Shown here in pieces: positions 61,149 through 64,000 of a stretch of 64,000 nucleotides of DNA. A program made the position numbers and the translations under genes. The notes beneath the pieces were generated by a model. It did not search any database, had not been told where the DNA came from, and worked only from the letters and a program-made list of their open reading frames with translations. Source of the stretch: the human T2T-CHM13v2.0 reference genome, Homo sapiens; the NCBI RefSeq assembly GCF_009914755.1, contig NC_060936.1, one strand, 5' to 3'. Every line of letters starts with the position of its first letter. The stretch's first letter is position 1.

Positions 61149-62140
61149 TAGACATGATGTACTGAGTAAAAGGAATTACTTTTAATAGTACTTTACTAAT
61201 GTGGTGATGAGATGTCAGGAAAGGGTGAGCATTCTGTAGGCCCCTGATTAGGTCTGTCTCTTTGTGAGCCTGTTCTCCTGGACTCTCAACCTCACAAGTA
61301 TTTCCCAGGCCACCCCCACCCCATCTCTTAGATGGGACAGGGTGGAATTTGGTATATCTCTCTTCCCTCAGGTTAGTTAAGCTCTGACAAAACCCCAATA
61401 TATTAGGCTCTGGGAACCTGGTTGAGCTCCTGAAAGTAAAACTCAGAAAAGCTTGGGACTTTGTCTCCCTCCACTCCCACCATGACTGGGTCCCCCTGGA
61501 CTTTTTAACTTCAAACATGTACACACCTAGCCTCTAGCAATTTGTCAGTTGCAGTTCAGGTATTTCTGTCCTGACGCTTTCTCACAGAGATTTGTGATCT
61601 GGTAACTACTGTGTTTCTGCCTGTCTCTAATTTTGGGGACAGTGGTTTGTTTGCCTTGTATCTTCACTTCTCTTTCAGATCTAAGAAGAGTTGTTGATTT
61701 TTCAGTTTGTTAAACTTTTTACTTGTTAGGACAGAGTGGCTACTTCCAAACTCTTTACATGCAGAACTGGAACTATTAATTTTTGATGATACAGTTGATT
61801 CTCTTAGAACACAATTCAGTCTCTTATAACCACCCACCCATCCCAATCCCCTCTCTCTCCTCGGAGGTAATCAGTTTGATAGATATTCTTCTAGGTCTTT
61901 CCCTGTACATTTTTAATGCATATGTTTATATCCTTAAAATGTTTGTGTTGGCTTATTTTTGTGAAGTTGTATGATATTCTGTTGTATGAACATTTCATAA
62001 TTTGTCTGTTGTAATAATCTGTTATCAACATCAGTGTTTAGGTTGTTTTCAGTTACTGGTTATTTTAGATAACACGACTTTGAACCTTTTTGTACATTTG
62101 TTTTGGTAGACATCAACTATCATTTCTGTTAGGCACATAC

Positions 62141-62359
62141 CAGGATTTTTCAACCTCAGCACTATTGACATTTTGGATGGAATAATTCTTTGTTGTGGAG
62201 GAACGTCCTGTGCATCGTGGGTTGCTGAGCAGCATTCCTGGCCCCGACTTATGTAGGTGCCAGTAGCACTGCCCCACTATGACAACCGTAAAGGGCTCCA
62301 GACATTGTCAAATGCCCCCGGGGGGGCAAAATCTCCCTCCTGCCCATTGAGAACCACTG
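62141..62359. mobile_element. MER20 (hAT-Charlie) element with TSD ggcacatac
   Basis: caacctcagcactattgacattttgg...ttgagaaccactg, with a direct repeat on both flanks. Confidence 0.85.
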
Positions 62360-62974
62360 GGCACATACTTACGAATGATACTGTTGAGTCATTGTATACG
62401 TATATTTAAATTTAGTACATACTCTTAGTTTTCCAAAGTGGCGAAATGACTTCACATTCCCAGTACCAGGAATTGAGAACTGCATTTGCTCTATATCCCT
62501 TTTTATTTTCATGGAAAAGAGGTTTTCCACTTTTCAAAAAATTGCACCACCATAGTTGATGTGGGTGTGTTGTGTAGGCGTTAGCAGTATTGCCCTCACC
62601 ATGCGCTCACTGGACAGTAACACAACCCCACGAGAAGGATGGTTTGCTCCACATCCTTAACAGACTTGTATTGGCCATTGTCCCGTTGATGCTCATTTCA
62701 GGGATCAGTTGTTTGTTTCTAAATGTCTCCTTGTTTTTTTTTTTTTTTAATTCCAGTTCTCCTTTTATTCACTGTATACAACTTCTCTGTATTTTAAATA
62801 TTTACATAGTTATATATTATGATAGTTATTTGTAATAGTACTTGTTTGCTAACATCATCTGGATCATCTGTGCATCTTTATCAATTATCTGCCTATTCCT
62901 TTTGTCAGTCATATTTTCCTGCCTCATGTCTCAAAGTTTTTAATTTTTTGCTGACATTGTTTTAAAAGGAATAA

Positions 62975-63292
<318 letters not shown>

Positions 63293-64000
63293 TTACTGTT
63301 GTTTTATATCAGAGGATATTTCCCCTTTTCTCTGTCATGCAGTAGGGGAATGGCTGATCACCTCAATCAAAACAGGAATTGAGCTGTTTAGGGGCTGTAC
63401 TCTGTTACCTGTGTCTTCGGGTTTCTGGATGGTATATTTATTGCAGGCTCCTCTCTACTGGTACTTTGTTTCTGGAGCACCTTGAGGCTGCGGGAGACTC
63501 AGTCTGCCATTCCAGCCCAGCCTGCAGCTTCTTGCACTGACCAGCACTCAACAGATGTCCCATGGGGAAAACTCACTGTCCACTGGGGCACATCAAAACC
63601 TTCACTGGTTTCTCTTTCCCCTAGAATAGTCCTCTGTCTGGGCCGAGCCCTTCCTTCACTGTTCTCAAGCTGAGCAAATGGCCCAGCGAGGTAACAGCCA
63701 GCAATTTTAGCTCACCCAAGAGGAACTCTTTTCTCTCGCAATTTTAGTTTGTTTAGTCCTCCTTCCTTCCACAGGTCTCTGGTGTTTTAAAAAAGATAAG
63801 AGTATTTAGAATTTTCTAGTTGTAGCAGTAGTAGTCCAAGCATATGATTTTATTTTACATTATTGAGAGTTAGAATTATTAGGTGAAATAAAATGAAAAA
63901 CTTTCTTGGTATTTTCATTGAGAATTTATCAAATGTGCAAATTAATTTGTGGAAAATTAATATCTTTGCCATGTAAGTCTACTCATCATAAACATGGCAT

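Overview
This is human-type genomic DNA, densely packed with Alu, L1 and ERV-LTR elements. It holds the 5' ends of two divergently transcribed KRAB zinc-finger genes, recognised from their N-terminal coding sequences. ZNF605 (minus strand) has a CpG-island promoter and exon 1 at ~23.6 kb, a 5'UTR exon at 8923-9045, and a start-codon exon at 6397-6573 encoding MIQSQ. ZNF26 (plus strand) has a CpG-island promoter at ~53.6-54.2 kb and a first coding exon at 54176-54208 encoding MATSFRTASCW. This places the window in the 12q24.33 subtelomeric ZNF cluster. No KRAB or C2H2 exons were seen in the window, and all long ORFs in the track are explained by repeats. The most notable features are tandem or inverted repeats sitting on functional signals. 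(1) A 48-bp VNTR multiplies the ZNF605 start codon and 5' splice site five times in frame. (2) A ~6.7-kb G-rich minisatellite in ZNF605 intron 1 grew inside the second copy of a 65-bp duplication, carries the PRDM9 13-mer and G4 motifs, and forms a huge polypyrimidine tract ahead of a candidate cassette exon. (3) A TSD-flanked chimeric Alu captured an inverted local segment. (4) A 31-bp CTCF-like VNTR and a 34-bp androgen-response-element-like VNTR lie between the two promoters. (5) An ERV relic may be APOBEC3-hypermutated. Gene and repeat-family names come from recalled sequences and were not database-checked.
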